Shown here piece after piece: positions 26,168 through 36,384 of a stretch of DNA of 64,000 nt. Every line of letters begins with the position of its first letter. The first letter of the stretch is position 1. This stretch comes from Nitrososphaerota archaeon. Its GTDB lineage: Archaea; Thermoproteota; Nitrososphaeria; Nitrososphaerales; Gagatemarchaeaceae. The DNA is taken from contig JAFLZV010000001.1 in the NCBI GenBank assembly GCA_029785375.1, positions 12,320-76,319 on the forward strand. Reading direction: 5' to 3'. The position numbers were made by a program, and so were the translations under genes. Under the pieces are notes generated by a model, which saw only the letters and a list, made by a program, of their open reading frames with translations, ran no database searches and was not told the DNA's origin.

Positions 26168-27628
26168 CTAGCGCTGAGGCTGCTTCCTGAAGACGTAGTT
26201 CTTGGAGGCCAGAGAGAAGAGGATGGCCACGAACATGGCTACTATGCCCAGATAGAACACGTAATCGAACGCGGTGGCGTTCGGGAAGGACGCCGGGACC
26301 AGGACCCCGCCATGCGGGATGGAGACTGTGGCGGTGTAGGTGCTCATGATGGACGTAGCGACCACCGGCCCGATGGCCCCTCCGATGTTCCTGAGCATCG
26401 TGTTGAGTCCCAGCCCCGTGGCCACCGTCTCTCTCGGAAGCGAGACGCTGATCATGTTGACTATGGGGATGATGACGGCCACGGCCCCGACCATCGATAT
26501 CGAAGTCGCGATGACCATGTCGGTGGCCGTCGCCCTGTTGAGGACGAAAAGCGAGAAGCCGACTATGGCCACGGCCCCCCCGACCACCAGTGCTGGTTTG
26601 GGCCCTGCTTTGGTGACGAGCCTGCCTATGAGCGGGCCCGCGATGAGCATGAGGACGGCGGCGGGCCCTATGGTGAGCCCTGCCGAGATGGGGTCGAGGC
26701 CCAGCCCAAGCGGCTTGGGGTCCTCGGCGTAGAAGGTGACGGCGAAGAAGAGCATGAAGAGGCCGATCCCGGAGATTACGCCGATGCCGTTGGCCACCAG
26801 GACGTTCCTTATGCGGAGCAAGCTGAGCTGAATCAGAGGGCTGGACTTCCTGCTTTCTGCGACGAAGAAGCCGGCGGTCAGGGCGATTCCCGTAGCCAGT
26901 GCCGCCAGCCCGTAGGCGGAGTACCATCCATCATAGGGCCCTTCGGTCAGGTAGAGGAGCACGAGCGACACCCCCGTCATGAGCAGGACCACGGTCCCAT
27001 AGCCCACCTTGAGGCCTGTCCCAGGGCTCCCCCGCGGGAGGAACTTGGCGACTACGGCAAAGAGGACGAGGCTGAGGATGAAGGCTGAGTGGAAAGCCCA
27101 CTGCCAGCCGAAGTCCTGTATGATGTACGACCCTCCTATGAGCCCGGCCGCAGCCCCGATGGCGAACGTCGCGCTGACAACCCCCTGGGCGGTGGCGATG
27201 CGCTCGTTGGGGAAGGTCTCCGCTATGATAGCGAGCGCCAGCGGGACTATGGCGAACCCGATACCCTGGACTGCCCTGGCAGCTATGAGGAAGTAGATTG
27301 AAGGCGAGAAGCCCGCCATCCCCACCCCGGCGGTGTAGAAGACCAGGGCGATCAGGAACATCTTCTTCTTGCCGTAGCTGTCCCCCCACTTCCCGAACAG
27401 AGGCGATACGGCCGAACCCACGATCAGGAAGGCCGACGTGACCCAGGCCACGGTCCCTTCGGTGGTCGAAAAGAAGGTCTGGATGGTGAGGATTCCAGGG
27501 ATGATCATCGTCTCGACGTAGTTCAGGAGCAGCGCCACCCCGACCATGCCAAGGAGCGCCCTGAGCTGATGGGAAGTCGCCTCTGGAGAGGCCCCAGGCT
27601 GTGGCGCGCCGGTCGGTTGCGACTGCAT
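26168..27628 (-). CDS. MFS transporter (DHA2-like, 14 TM)
   Basis: 486 aa. GKWGDSYGKKKMF loop motif and polytopic profile. The overlapping ORFs 26106..26927 and 26150..27088 are frame artefacts. Confidence 0.85.
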   Translation of the reverse strand: MQSQPTGAPQPGASPEATSHQLRALLGMVGVALLLNYVETMIIPGILTIQTFFSTTEGTVAWVTSAFLIVGSAVSPLFGKWGDSYGKKKMFLIALVFYTAGVGMAGFSPSIYFLIAARAVQGIGFAIVPLALAIIAETFPNERIATAQGVVSATFAIGAAAGLIGGSYIIQDFGWQWAFHSAFILSLVLFAVVAKFLPRGSPGTGLKVGYGTVVLLMTGVSLVLLYLTEGPYDGWYSAYGLAALATGIALTAGFFVAESRKSSPLIQLSLLRIRNVLVANGIGVISGIGLFMLFFAVTFYAEDPKPLGLGLDPISAGLTIGPAAVLMLIAGPLIGRLVTKAGPKPALVVGGAVAIVGFSLFVLNRATATDMVIATSISMVGAVAVIIPIVNMISVSLPRETVATGLGLNTMLRNIGGAIGPVVATSIMSTYTATVSIPHGGVLVPASFPNATAFDYVFYLGIVAMFVAILFSLASKNYVFRKQPQR

Positions 27629-27704
27629 CTTTCGCAGCCCCCATTTTGGGTTCGTTATAAAATGCCCTGACGCCCGAGGGCCCGGCGGAGGCCAGCGGGG
27701 AGGG

Positions 27705-28685
27705 CTATCCGATTATCCTCTTGCCAAAGAGGGAGAGAGCGAGCTCGACAGCGAGCTCGGCAGTCTGGTTGGCAACGTCGAGGATGGGGTTCACCTCTAC
27801 GAATTCGGCTGAGGTCACTTGCCCTGACTCGAACAGCATCTCCATCGCCAGCTGCGCCTCGCGATAGGTGAGGCCTCCCCTCACCTGGGTCCCGGTCCCC
27901 GGCGCTTCTCTCGGGTCCACCGCGTCCACGTCGAAGCTGAGGTGGACCTGATCCAGGCCTGTCCCGGCTATCCGGATGGCCTCCCGCATGACCGACGTCA
28001 TGCCGAGTTCGTCGATCTCCTTCATGGTGAAGACCGTCATCTTCGAGCGGGCTATCGCCTTGGCCTCTTCCCGGTCGAAGTCACGGCACCCGACCAGGAC
28101 GGTGTTCTTCTCCGTCGCCTTCGGGGAGACGCCGCCTAGCCCCGCCAGCTTGGGGTCCCCGTATCCCAGGATGGCTGCGAGCGCCATCCCATGGATGTTC
28201 CCCGACGGCGTCGACTTCGGCGTGTTGAAGTCGCCGTGGGCGTCCAGCCAGACTATCCCCCGCTCACTCCCTGTCCGGGCCAGCCCTGCGAGGGTGCCGA
28301 CGGACACGCTCTGGTCGCCACCGAGCACCAGAGGAAAGGACCCCTGCCTCAGGCAGGTCGAAACCTTGTCGGCCAGGAGACCGCACTGCCTCACGACGTC
28401 GACGAGGTATCTGGCCTTCCTGTCTCCCATGTGCGCCGTGGCCATGTCTGCCACGGGGACGTTGCCGTAGTCTTTCACCTTGTGCCCTAGGGCTTCGAGT
28501 CGCGCCTCCAAGTTGGCTATCCTGATCGCGCTCGGACCCATGTCCACCCCCCGCCGCTGCTGCCCCAGATCGACTGGGGCGCCGATGATGCCGATGTTCA
28601 AGCCGCCCGCTTCCGGCTCGACCCGGTTAATAATCGGTCTGGCGGGCCATGCTCCACAGGATAAATAGCACCGGCCGGGTATCAT
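27705..28685 (-). CDS. rocF: Arginase (ureohydrolase family)
   Basis: GVDMGPSAIRIANL, LGGDQSVSVGT, WLDAHGDFNTPKSTPSGNIHGMALA, SFDVDAVDP, GGLTYREA. Start moved to the internal ATG at 28685. Confidence 0.8.
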   Translation of the reverse strand: MIPGRCYLSCGAWPARPIINRVEPEAGGLNIGIIGAPVDLGQQRRGVDMGPSAIRIANLEARLEALGHKVKDYGNVPVADMATAHMGDRKARYLVDVVRQCGLLADKVSTCLRQGSFPLVLGGDQSVSVGTLAGLARTGSERGIVWLDAHGDFNTPKSTPSGNIHGMALAAILGYGDPKLAGLGGVSPKATEKNTVLVGCRDFDREEAKAIARSKMTVFTMKEIDELGMTSVMREAIRIAGTGLDQVHLSFDVDAVDPREAPGTGTQVRGGLTYREAQLAMEMLFESGQVTSAEFVEVNPILDVANQTAELAVELALSLFGKRIIG

Positions 28686-28688
28686 CCC

Positions 28689-28910
28689 ATGCACAGGTCC
28701 CAGGTAGCTGGGCTGCTGATGATCATCCTCGGGGCGGCCATACTCGTCCTTCTGGCCGGCTTCGTGTTGAGCATCATCATGTTCATTCTGCAGCTCCTCG
28801 CGGTGGTGGTGGGCGTGATCCTCGTGCTCGGAGGAGTCGCCCTGCTCCTGTTCGGGAAACGCTTCTGGCGCCGCGGTACGTGGGGCTGGACGCGCCTGGT
28901 AGACTACTGA
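28689..28910 (+). CDS. Small hydrophobic protein (2 TM)
   Basis: 73-aa ORF, AGLLMIILGAAILVLLAGFVLSIIMFILQLLAVVVGVILVLGGVALLLFG. Confidence 0.35.
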   Translation: MHRSQVAGLLMIILGAAILVLLAGFVLSIIMFILQLLAVVVGVILVLGGVALLLFGKRFWRRGTWGWTRLVDY

Positions 28911-28943
28911 AGGACGGACTCCATTTATACCCAAAACCGAGCC

Positions 28944-29873
28944 GTGGCCCAAGTGCCCGCCATCGAAGTGAGCGGTCTGAAGAAGAAGTACGGGGACATC
29001 CAGGCCGTCGATGGGACTTCGTTCTCAGTGGATGAAGGCGAGGTCTTCTCCCTTCTGGGGCCGAACGGGGCGGGCAAGACAACCACCATCGAGATTCTCG
29101 AGGGGCTGAGGAACAAAGACTCGGGGACCGCCAAGGTCCTGGGGCTCGACCCATGGGAATCAGGGTACGAGCTGCACAAGAGAATAGGGGTGATCCCCCA
29201 GGGGTTCAAGTTCCTAGACTATCCCACGCCCAGGGAAGCCCTCTCCTATTACGGCGCGCTCTTTGGGAGAAAGGTGGACCCAGATGAGCTGCTGAGGAGG
29301 GTGATCCTTGACGACGCGTCCAACGTCTGGTTCCAGAACCTCTCCGGGGGTCAGAAGCAGAAGCTTGGCATGGCGCTTTCGCTGGTCAACGACCCCCAGG
29401 TCGTGTTCCTGGACGAGCCGACGACGGGCCTCGACCCCCAGGCGCGAAGGGCGGTCTGGGAGGTGGTCAGGAAGCTCAAGGACGAAGGGAGGACAGTGAT
29501 GCTGACCACCCACTACCTCGAAGAGGCCGAAGAGCTCGCCGACAGGGTGGCGATAATGAAGCATGGGAAGATTGTGGCGATGGGGACCACCGCGGAGATA
29601 GAGTCCAAGTTCGGGTCAGGGCAGCGGATGGTGGTGAAGGGAGGCGACGACCTGCTGAAGTATCTCAGAGAGAGCACCAGGCTGCATGCTGAAGGGGGCG
29701 CGGGGAGCATCACCATCTTCCTAAGGGACAAGTCGGACGCGATGGTGGCGCTCGGCGCCATTGAGGAGTCCGGCGCGGCCTGGGAAGACCTCACGGTCAG
29801 GAGGGACAGCCTGGAAGACGTCTTCCTCAAGCTGGTCGGAGAGGGCGGGAGCATCGAGAAGGGGGTCGAGTGA
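28944..29873 (+). CDS. ABC transporter ATP-binding protein (ABC-2/DrrA-like)
   Basis: GPNGAGKTTT, LSGGQKQKLGMA, VVFLDEPTTGLD. Confidence 0.9.
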   Translation: MAQVPAIEVSGLKKKYGDIQAVDGTSFSVDEGEVFSLLGPNGAGKTTTIEILEGLRNKDSGTAKVLGLDPWESGYELHKRIGVIPQGFKFLDYPTPREALSYYGALFGRKVDPDELLRRVILDDASNVWFQNLSGGQKQKLGMALSLVNDPQVVFLDEPTTGLDPQARRAVWEVVRKLKDEGRTVMLTTHYLEEAEELADRVAIMKHGKIVAMGTTAEIESKFGSGQRMVVKGGDDLLKYLRESTRLHAEGGAGSITIFLRDKSDAMVALGAIEESGAAWEDLTVRRDSLEDVFLKLVGEGGSIEKGVE

Positions 29874-30997
29874 TGGGGTTCAGCCTGAGCAGGATGGTCT
29901 CTGACCTGAAAATCTACGGCAAGTCGAGCCTCAGGAGCAGGGAGGGCTTCTTCTTCACACTGGTATTCCCAATCATACTCATCCTGCTCTTTGGGGCCAT
30001 CTTCTCCGGGGGAGGGGCCAGCCAGTCCACGGTCTACGTGCAGAACCATGACACAGGCCCGGTGGGGGCGACCTTCATCTCTGCCCTGAACAGCACGTCC
30101 AACTACTGCAGCACCAGCAGCGGCGCCGGCCTGTGCATGAGGCCCGTCCCGGCAGACCTGAACTTCTCCCAGTATCTCTCTTCGAAGTCGGCCTCGGATG
30201 GGATAATCATCCCTGCCAACTTCAGCCTCGCCTTCGAGTCAGGTCAGAAGGTGAATGTGACCGTCTTTGGAAACCCCTCGTCGACCGCCAGCGCCGTGGT
30301 TTCAGGGATAGTCGCAGAGGTGGTCAACGGATTCAACCTGCACGGCGCCACCGGCGTGCACCAGGTGGGGATAACGCCGCGCACCGCCGTGTCATCGAAC
30401 TACAAGTACATCGACTTCCTGGTCCCCGGCCTCGTAGGCTTCGCAGCCCTCACCAGCCCCATGTTCGCCATGGTCAACATCAGTTCCACCTATCGGCGCG
30501 ACAAGGTGTTCAAGCTCCTTTCACTTACGCCGCTCACCAAGACAGAGTGGCTGCTGTCGAAGATAATCTGGTACGTCGGCACCACCGCGGTCTCATTCAT
30601 GCTGATGGCCGCCGTCGGCGTCTATGCGTTCGGCGCCCACATAGCGCTGAACTGGGGGATAGGCATATTCTTGGTGCTGGGGCCGTTCTTCTTCGTCTCC
30701 CTGGGGATGCTGGTGGGGAGCGTCTCCAACACCCCCGAGGCCGCCTCGGTCGTAGGCAACCTTGTCACGTTCCCCATGATGTTCCTCTCGGGGACGTTCT
30801 TCCCAGTGAGCTCTATGCCCAAGTATCTCCAAGGGATCGCCCATGTCCTGCCTCTCTACTACATGATCGACGGGTTGAACGAGGTGATGATCTATGGTAA
30901 CTTCGGCGCCGCCTACTTCGACATGGCGGTCCTCCTGGGCATCTCGGTGGTGGTCTTCGCCCTGGCTGTGAGGTTCTTCCGCTGGCGCGAAGACTGA
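29870..30997 (+). CDS. ABC-2 type transporter permease
   Basis: 375 aa. N-terminal TM, large extracytoplasmic loop, then 5 C-terminal TM. ATGA overlap with the ATPase gene. Confidence 0.85.
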   Translation: MMGFSLSRMVSDLKIYGKSSLRSREGFFFTLVFPIILILLFGAIFSGGGASQSTVYVQNHDTGPVGATFISALNSTSNYCSTSSGAGLCMRPVPADLNFSQYLSSKSASDGIIIPANFSLAFESGQKVNVTVFGNPSSTASAVVSGIVAEVVNGFNLHGATGVHQVGITPRTAVSSNYKYIDFLVPGLVGFAALTSPMFAMVNISSTYRRDKVFKLLSLTPLTKTEWLLSKIIWYVGTTAVSFMLMAAVGVYAFGAHIALNWGIGIFLVLGPFFFVSLGMLVGSVSNTPEAASVVGNLVTFPMMFLSGTFFPVSSMPKYLQGIAHVLPLYYMIDGLNEVMIYGNFGAAYFDMAVLLGISVVVFALAVRFFRWRED

Positions 30998-31010
30998 CCT
31001 GGTCCTCGCG

Positions 31011-31754
31011 TCAGACGACGTAGTTGAGGGGGTGCCTGGCGAGTTCCTCGTCGAGCTTCATGAAGGTCGAGACAGTGCCGACGTCGAACCACTCCTTCTC
31101 GGTGTAGAAAGCGCTCACCCTCCCGCCCCTGTGGATCATCTCAGGGACGAAGTCGGTCATCAGGTCTGGCCTCTTGCGGCCGGCCAACTTGCCCATCAGG
31201 GTCATGCCTTTCGGGCCGACGACCATGGGGCCGGTGGTCACGGTCAGGTCGAGCCTCGGCTTCTCCCTAAAGGACGTCACCAGCCCGTCGTCCACGTCTG
31301 CCACCCCCACCGGGAGGGAGTAACCCCTGTCAAGGACTAGCGTGAGGTCTGCCTTGGTCCTGCGATGGGTCTCTAGAAGCTGGGTCACCTCCAGGTCTGC
31401 CAGGATGTCTCCGTAGTAGATCAGGAGCTCGCCGCAGGCTATGGCGCCGTCTCGCAATGCGTGGGCTACTGCGTTCAGGCTCCCCTTGAGCCCCCTCTGG
31501 TCCTCGGAGTAGGACAGCTTCACGCCGTGTTGCGACCCGTCGCCGAAGTACCGTCTGATGTCCTCGGACCTATATCCGGTGAGCAGGGCGATGTTCGTGA
31601 CTCCATGGCGCTTCATGATCGCTATGGTGTAGGCGAGGAGCGGCAGCTTCTTCGGCCCGATTGGTATCATGACCTTCTGAAAGTAGTCTGTGAGAGGCTT
31701 CAGCCGTTCCCCCCTTCCGCCGCATAGGATGGCGGCCTGAGTGACTCGGTGCAT
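31011..31754 (-). CDS. Sugar-phosphate nucleotidyltransferase (NTP_transferase family)
   Basis: AAILCGGRGERLKPLT signature. Start set at MHRVTQ (31754). Confidence 0.75.
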   Translation of the reverse strand: MHRVTQAAILCGGRGERLKPLTDYFQKVMIPIGPKKLPLLAYTIAIMKRHGVTNIALLTGYRSEDIRRYFGDGSQHGVKLSYSEDQRGLKGSLNAVAHALRDGAIACGELLIYYGDILADLEVTQLLETHRRTKADLTLVLDRGYSLPVGVADVDDGLVTSFREKPRLDLTVTTGPMVVGPKGMTLMGKLAGRKRPDLMTDFVPEMIHRGGRVSAFYTEKEWFDVGTVSTFMKLDEELARHPLNYVV

Positions 31755-31904
31755 GGTAGTCCCCGCGGGGCATTCGGTATAAACCGTTGGTGGCGCGGTC
31801 AGCGCCACCTAGGCAGGTGACGTGCCGGGCTTGGCTGCCTGGGACGGCCGCATGGAGAAGCCGTGACCGCGGAGCCGCTTCTGCTTCGGAGCTGTCGGCC
31901 CGCC

Positions 31905-32921
31905 CTACCTCTCCCGGACCTGTTGGAAAGACGGCGCGTCGGTCGGGGTGACGTCAAGCGGCCCGGTCCGTCCGAGCCTGTTGACATCGAGCCTCACGAG
32001 GCCACCTGCGGGGGACTTGGAGACCGCCAGAAGGAGGTCTTTGGTCTGTTTGACCGCAGCACCGTCGGCGCCTACTATGACGTCCCCGCTCCTGAGCCCT
32101 GCGTAGTGGGCCGGACTGCGGGGGACGACCTCGGCGACCAGGAGCCCCCGGTCGGCCTGCAGGTTGTACCTGCGAGCCAATTGGGGGGTCACGTCGACAC
32201 CCGAGATGCCGATCCAGCGCCGGCTGACCCTGCCGTTTTCGAGTATCTCCTGGGCGATCTTCTTGACAGTGTTGATCGGGATGGCGAACCCCATCCCCTG
32301 GGCATAAGGGATCATCATGGTGGTCATCCCGATGACATTCCCCCCAAGATCTGCCAGGGGCCCTCCGCTGTTGCCTGGGTTGACAGCCGCGTCTGTCTGC
32401 AGGAGCCCTTCGAAGATGAAGTCAGTCCCCGGGAGCGGCCTCCCTTTCGCGCTCAGCACGCCCATCGAGACGGTGGGTCCGCCGGGGAGCGCAAGCGCGT
32501 TGCCGATGGCGAGGACAAACTGCCCCACCTGGACCGACTCAGAGTCACCCAGGTCTGCCGCCGGGAGCTCCGACGCGTCTACCCTGATGACGGCGACATC
32601 GGTGGCGTCGTCTGAGCCGACCACTTTCCCTGTGAAGGTCCGGCCGTCCTTGAGGCTTACATGGACCTGGCTGGCCCCGTCGATGACGTGGTTGTTCGTG
32701 ACGATGAGCCCGCCCCTGTCCAGGACGATCCCTGACCCCTGGCCTTCGAGGGGGACCAACCCGAAGAACCGCCGCTCCAGCCTCATGCTGGATACGCTGA
32801 CGATGCTTTCGCTGACCTTCTCCACCGCTCCGACCACCTGGCTCTCGAATCCTGAAAGTGCCATGGCCAGCCCCGGCTTCCGCCCCCTATTGTTGAGTGG
32901 CTTCGCGCGCATGTCGCTCAC
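31905..32921 (-). CDS. htrA: HtrA/DegP-family serine protease with PDZ domain
   Basis: TNNHVIDGA (His), GNSGGPL (Ser), C-terminal PDZ-like GLLVAEVVPRSPAHYAGLRSGDVIV. Confidence 0.85.
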   Translation of the reverse strand: MSDMRAKPLNNRGRKPGLAMALSGFESQVVGAVEKVSESIVSVSSMRLERRFFGLVPLEGQGSGIVLDRGGLIVTNNHVIDGASQVHVSLKDGRTFTGKVVGSDDATDVAVIRVDASELPAADLGDSESVQVGQFVLAIGNALALPGGPTVSMGVLSAKGRPLPGTDFIFEGLLQTDAAVNPGNSGGPLADLGGNVIGMTTMMIPYAQGMGFAIPINTVKKIAQEILENGRVSRRWIGISGVDVTPQLARRYNLQADRGLLVAEVVPRSPAHYAGLRSGDVIVGADGAAVKQTKDLLLAVSKSPAGGLVRLDVNRLGRTGPLDVTPTDAPSFQQVRER

Positions 32922-33025
32922 ACCCTGGCATGTGATAAGGCGTCTGCCGCGCCCATCGCCTTGGCGCGCCGTCTGGAGAGCGCCCAGCTACACTTTAAAG
33001 CAAGCGCCCCCGGTCACGGGCAGCC

Positions 33026-33409
33026 ATGGCTAGCCTAGCCAAGTCGGAACAGCTCGACCGGAAGGTTCTGGACTCGTGCGCGGTCGTGCACCAGACGTGG
33101 AACGAGATCACCAGGACCTGGACCCTACCGACCATCCACATGCTGGGGCAGATAGAGCCCACCAGGTTCAACGAGCTGAAACGGCACATAGTCGGGATAA
33201 GCGCCACATCCCTGGCCGAGCGCCTCGCCCAGCTGGAGAAGTTCGGCGTGGTGCAGAGGAAGGTCTATGCCGAGGAGAAGCCGAAGATAGAGTACTCGCT
33301 CACCGTGAAGGGGCACGAGATCTACAAGATACTCCTCGAACTGGCTTCGTGGTCGAAGCGCTGGGCCGGCAAAGAGCCGAACAGCAGAGAGTTCCTGGTT
33401 CCGAAGTGA
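33026..33409 (+). CDS. HxlR-family winged-helix transcriptional regulator
   Basis: 127 aa. TRTWTLPTIHMLGQIEPTRFNELKRHIVGISATSLAERLAQLEKFGVVQRKVY. Confidence 0.8.
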   Translation: MASLAKSEQLDRKVLDSCAVVHQTWNEITRTWTLPTIHMLGQIEPTRFNELKRHIVGISATSLAERLAQLEKFGVVQRKVYAEEKPKIEYSLTVKGHEIYKILLELASWSKRWAGKEPNSREFLVPK

Positions 33410-33485
33410 CGGAAGGGCTCGCGGTCGCCCCTGGGCGAGGCCAGACCCCGACAGTCGTATTAAGTGGCTGAGGAGTGCGGTCATT

Positions 33486-33926
33486 ATGGAGAAGTTCACA
33501 GTCAATCCAGTCGAAGTGATGAGGCAGTACCGGACGATAGCGGTGGTCGGCGCCTCGAAGAACCCGGAGAAGGAGGCGTTCACCGTCCCTGCGTACCTCC
33601 AGGCGCAGGGATACACCATCATCCCCGTCAACCCTACCGCAGACGTGGTGAACGGGAGCAAGGCGTACCCGACCCTCGCCGGTATCCCCAAGGAGGTGGC
33701 GGAGAAGGTGGAGGTGGTCGACGTGTTCAGGCCCTCGGAAGAGTTCCCCGAGGTCGCCAGGCAAGTGGCTGAGATGAAGAAGAACACCGGACGGCCCTTC
33801 GTCTTCTGGGGGCAGCTAGGGCTGGAGAACGAGGAGGCGAAGAAGATTCTGTCCGAGGCGAAGATAGACTATGTGATGGACAAGTGCATGAGGGTGGAAC
33901 ACCGGGTCATGGTCGGGTGGAAGTGA
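33486..33926 (+). CDS. CoA-binding domain protein (YccU-like)
   Basis: RTIAVVGASKNPEKEAFTVPAYLQAQGYTIIPVNP...VVDVFRPSE. Confidence 0.8.
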   Translation: MEKFTVNPVEVMRQYRTIAVVGASKNPEKEAFTVPAYLQAQGYTIIPVNPTADVVNGSKAYPTLAGIPKEVAEKVEVVDVFRPSEEFPEVARQVAEMKKNTGRPFVFWGQLGLENEEAKKILSEAKIDYVMDKCMRVEHRVMVGWK

Positions 33927-34116
33927 GAGACCGGCGCGCCGCTTTCCCTGACTGCGGGCAGACAGCCGCTTCGGCGTCGTCCTGGAGCCTCGCCGATACT
34001 GCCTAGCTTGTTACAGCTCCGTGGAGTAGCCAGGGGCGCCCTTCAAGGGGCGACTCGCCACGTCGTGCCGTCCAACAGGGCCTTCGGCCGAGACGCTTCT
34101 GACGCAATCCATTCGT

Positions 34117-34415
34117 GGCCTTTCCGCGGTGTCGAATCCTGAGCATCAGGGCATCTGATCCAGTCAGGGCGTAGATTATCCTGTAGTCGCCGACCCTGAG
34201 CTTGAACAGCCCTGCGAACTCGCCATGTAGCGATTCCCCGTATCTCTGGTCCCCCCGGACCTCGGCGTTGCCACCTCTGCCTAGGGTCCCAAAGGCGCAT
34301 CCAGTACGAGAAGTGCAGGCTCGTACGGGTAGACCTACTCGTGCAAGCTGGCAGGAGGTGAGCTGTGGCAGAACGACTCGTTCCCCTTCCAGGAATACGC
34401 GATGAACTCGACCAT
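34117..34415 (-). pseudogene. Degraded RelE/ParE-family toxin gene
   Basis: C-terminal core LHGEFAGLFKLRVGDYRIIYALTGSDALMLRIRHRGKA is RelE-like. A plausible N-terminus (ATG 34415, MVEFIAYSWKGNESF...) is in another frame and hits a stop, and no intact antitoxin was seen. Confidence 0.35.
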
Positions 34416-34892
34416 ACTGCACCTGCCGGCCGTGAGTTCGCGGTTGGCTTCCAACGGCTACTCGGTCTCCGAACTGAGGCCCTATGGAGGGCTTTACTCC
34501 ACGTGCGGAAACCCGTATGACTTCTCCGATGGCACTGTAAGCTTCGGCAACAACGGAACGACCTATCTCGTCTGCGAGTGCATCGTGACCAGTTCGCGTG
34601 ACGGACTGGTCATTGGCGCCTGGGTGGCTCCGGGTTCGATAACCATCGGGAAGATCTTCGCATACGACACAGCCGGTCCAGGAGGTCTGAATTATGGCGG
34701 TCCGGGCCTTGCACCCAGCTGACGCTTGAGGGAGCAGGACATACATCCTTCTAGCATGGGACCCGTTCTCGGTTCCCATTCGACGCCACGCTCATGCTGT
34801 CCGACCCAGATCTCTTGAGTCCGTCATTGCGGTGGCTGCCGGCGCACAGCGTGAGACAGACTTATCCGAACCCCCTATAGGACGCGCAAAAG

Positions 34893-36362
34893 TTGCCACT
34901 CGCATACAAGTACGTCGTCCTCATCAATACCACCATCGGCGCCTTCATGGCGGTCCTCGACTCCAACATCGTGCTCATAGCCCTCCCGACCATAACCAAG
35001 GACCTCCACGCGACCCCCTTCGAGGCAGTCTGGATCATAATGGGGTATATCCTGGTGACCGCCTCCCTTCTGATGACCTTTGGGAGGCTCTCTGACATCT
35101 TCGGGCGGGTGAAGCTCTACAACCTCGGTTTTGCCCTGTTCACCGTCGGCTCCGCCCTGTGCAGCATCGCGCCGAACGGGTTGGCCCTGGTGGGGTTCAG
35201 GCTCGTGCAAGGGTCTGGCGGAGCGTTGATCTTCTCCAACGCCGCCGCGCTCCTCACCGACGCGTTCCCTGCCACTGAACGGGGGAGGGCTCTGGGGCTC
35301 AACCAGGTCGCCGGGACCGTCGGGTCGGTCATTGGCTTGGCGCTGGGGGGGATACTGGCGGGCTCGTTCCTCGGCTGGAGGTCGATATTTTGGATCAACG
35401 TCCCCTTTGGGTCTTTCGCCACCATCTGGGCTTACTTCAAGCTCAGGGAGCTCTCTGAGCCGCGCCGGACCGAGAAGCTGGACCTTCTGGGGAACGTGCT
35501 GTTTTCGGGGGGGCTGACGGTCTTCCTCGTCGGCCTGATGCTCGGCGCCCTGATCGGCTGGGCCCCTGCCTACCTGGGGGTGATGACGGTCGGGATAGCC
35601 ATGGTAGCAGGCTTCGTGATCACCGAGGCGAGGGTGCGGTATCCCCTGATGGACCTGTCCCTGTTCAGGATCAAGGCGTTCGCCACTGGGATGGCGAGCA
35701 ACCTTCTCGCCTCCGTCGCCAGGGGAGGGGTGTCGCTTGTCCTGGTCTTCTACTTCCAGGGGGTGCTCCTGCTTGACGCCTTCACAGCGGGGCTCTGGCT
35801 CATCCCGTTTTCGGTCGCCTTCGTGACACTCGGCCCCCTGAGCGGGTACCTCTCGGACAAGGTCGGATCCAGAGGGTTGTCGACGGCAGGGCTGCTCGTC
35901 ACCTCGGTGGCGCTGTTCTGGTTCGGTCTGTTCCCCTTCGGGAACTCGTCTGACTACATCGAGCTGCTCGTGCCCATGGTGCTGGCGGGGGCGGGCGGTG
36001 GCATGTTCGTGGCGCCGAACGTGGCGTCGGTGATGAATGCGACCCCGGCGGCGCGGAGGGGAATAGCGTCAGGGATGAACTCGACCCTGGTGAACACGGG
36101 GTTCCTGCTCAGCCTCGGACTCGCGTTCGCAGTGATGGCGGCCAGCGTCCCTACCACGGTCCTCCAGGGCATCTTCGCCGGGACCGCCTCATCCATCTGC
36201 CCCCCGGCCGGGGCCTGCGCGGTCTTGGAGCGGTTCGTGGGGTCGTTGCACAGCGTGTTTCTGATAATGGGATTCATCAGCTTGTTCGGCGCCGTGCCGG
36301 CGTACATGACGAAGAAGCAGAAGGCTGACTACCACCCTGGACCGGCCGCCCCCTCTGAGTGA
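34893..36362 (+). CDS. MFS transporter (DHA2/EmrB-like, 14 TM)
   Basis: 489 aa. INTTIGAFMAVLDSNIVLIALPTI and GRLSDIFGRVKLY motifs. Confidence 0.85.
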   Translation: MPLAYKYVVLINTTIGAFMAVLDSNIVLIALPTITKDLHATPFEAVWIIMGYILVTASLLMTFGRLSDIFGRVKLYNLGFALFTVGSALCSIAPNGLALVGFRLVQGSGGALIFSNAAALLTDAFPATERGRALGLNQVAGTVGSVIGLALGGILAGSFLGWRSIFWINVPFGSFATIWAYFKLRELSEPRRTEKLDLLGNVLFSGGLTVFLVGLMLGALIGWAPAYLGVMTVGIAMVAGFVITEARVRYPLMDLSLFRIKAFATGMASNLLASVARGGVSLVLVFYFQGVLLLDAFTAGLWLIPFSVAFVTLGPLSGYLSDKVGSRGLSTAGLLVTSVALFWFGLFPFGNSSDYIELLVPMVLAGAGGGMFVAPNVASVMNATPAARRGIASGMNSTLVNTGFLLSLGLAFAVMAASVPTTVLQGIFAGTASSICPPAGACAVLERFVGSLHSVFLIMGFISLFGAVPAYMTKKQKADYHPGPAAPSE

Positions 36363-36384
36363 CCACCGGCGAGACGACGGGACA

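Noticed and set aside
28686-28952. N-terminal 89 codons of the arginase ORF (His/Glu/Asp-rich)
   Set aside because: Not part of the ureohydrolase fold, and antisense to a plausible small membrane-protein gene (28689..28910). The internal ATG at 28685 gives a normal-length arginase.
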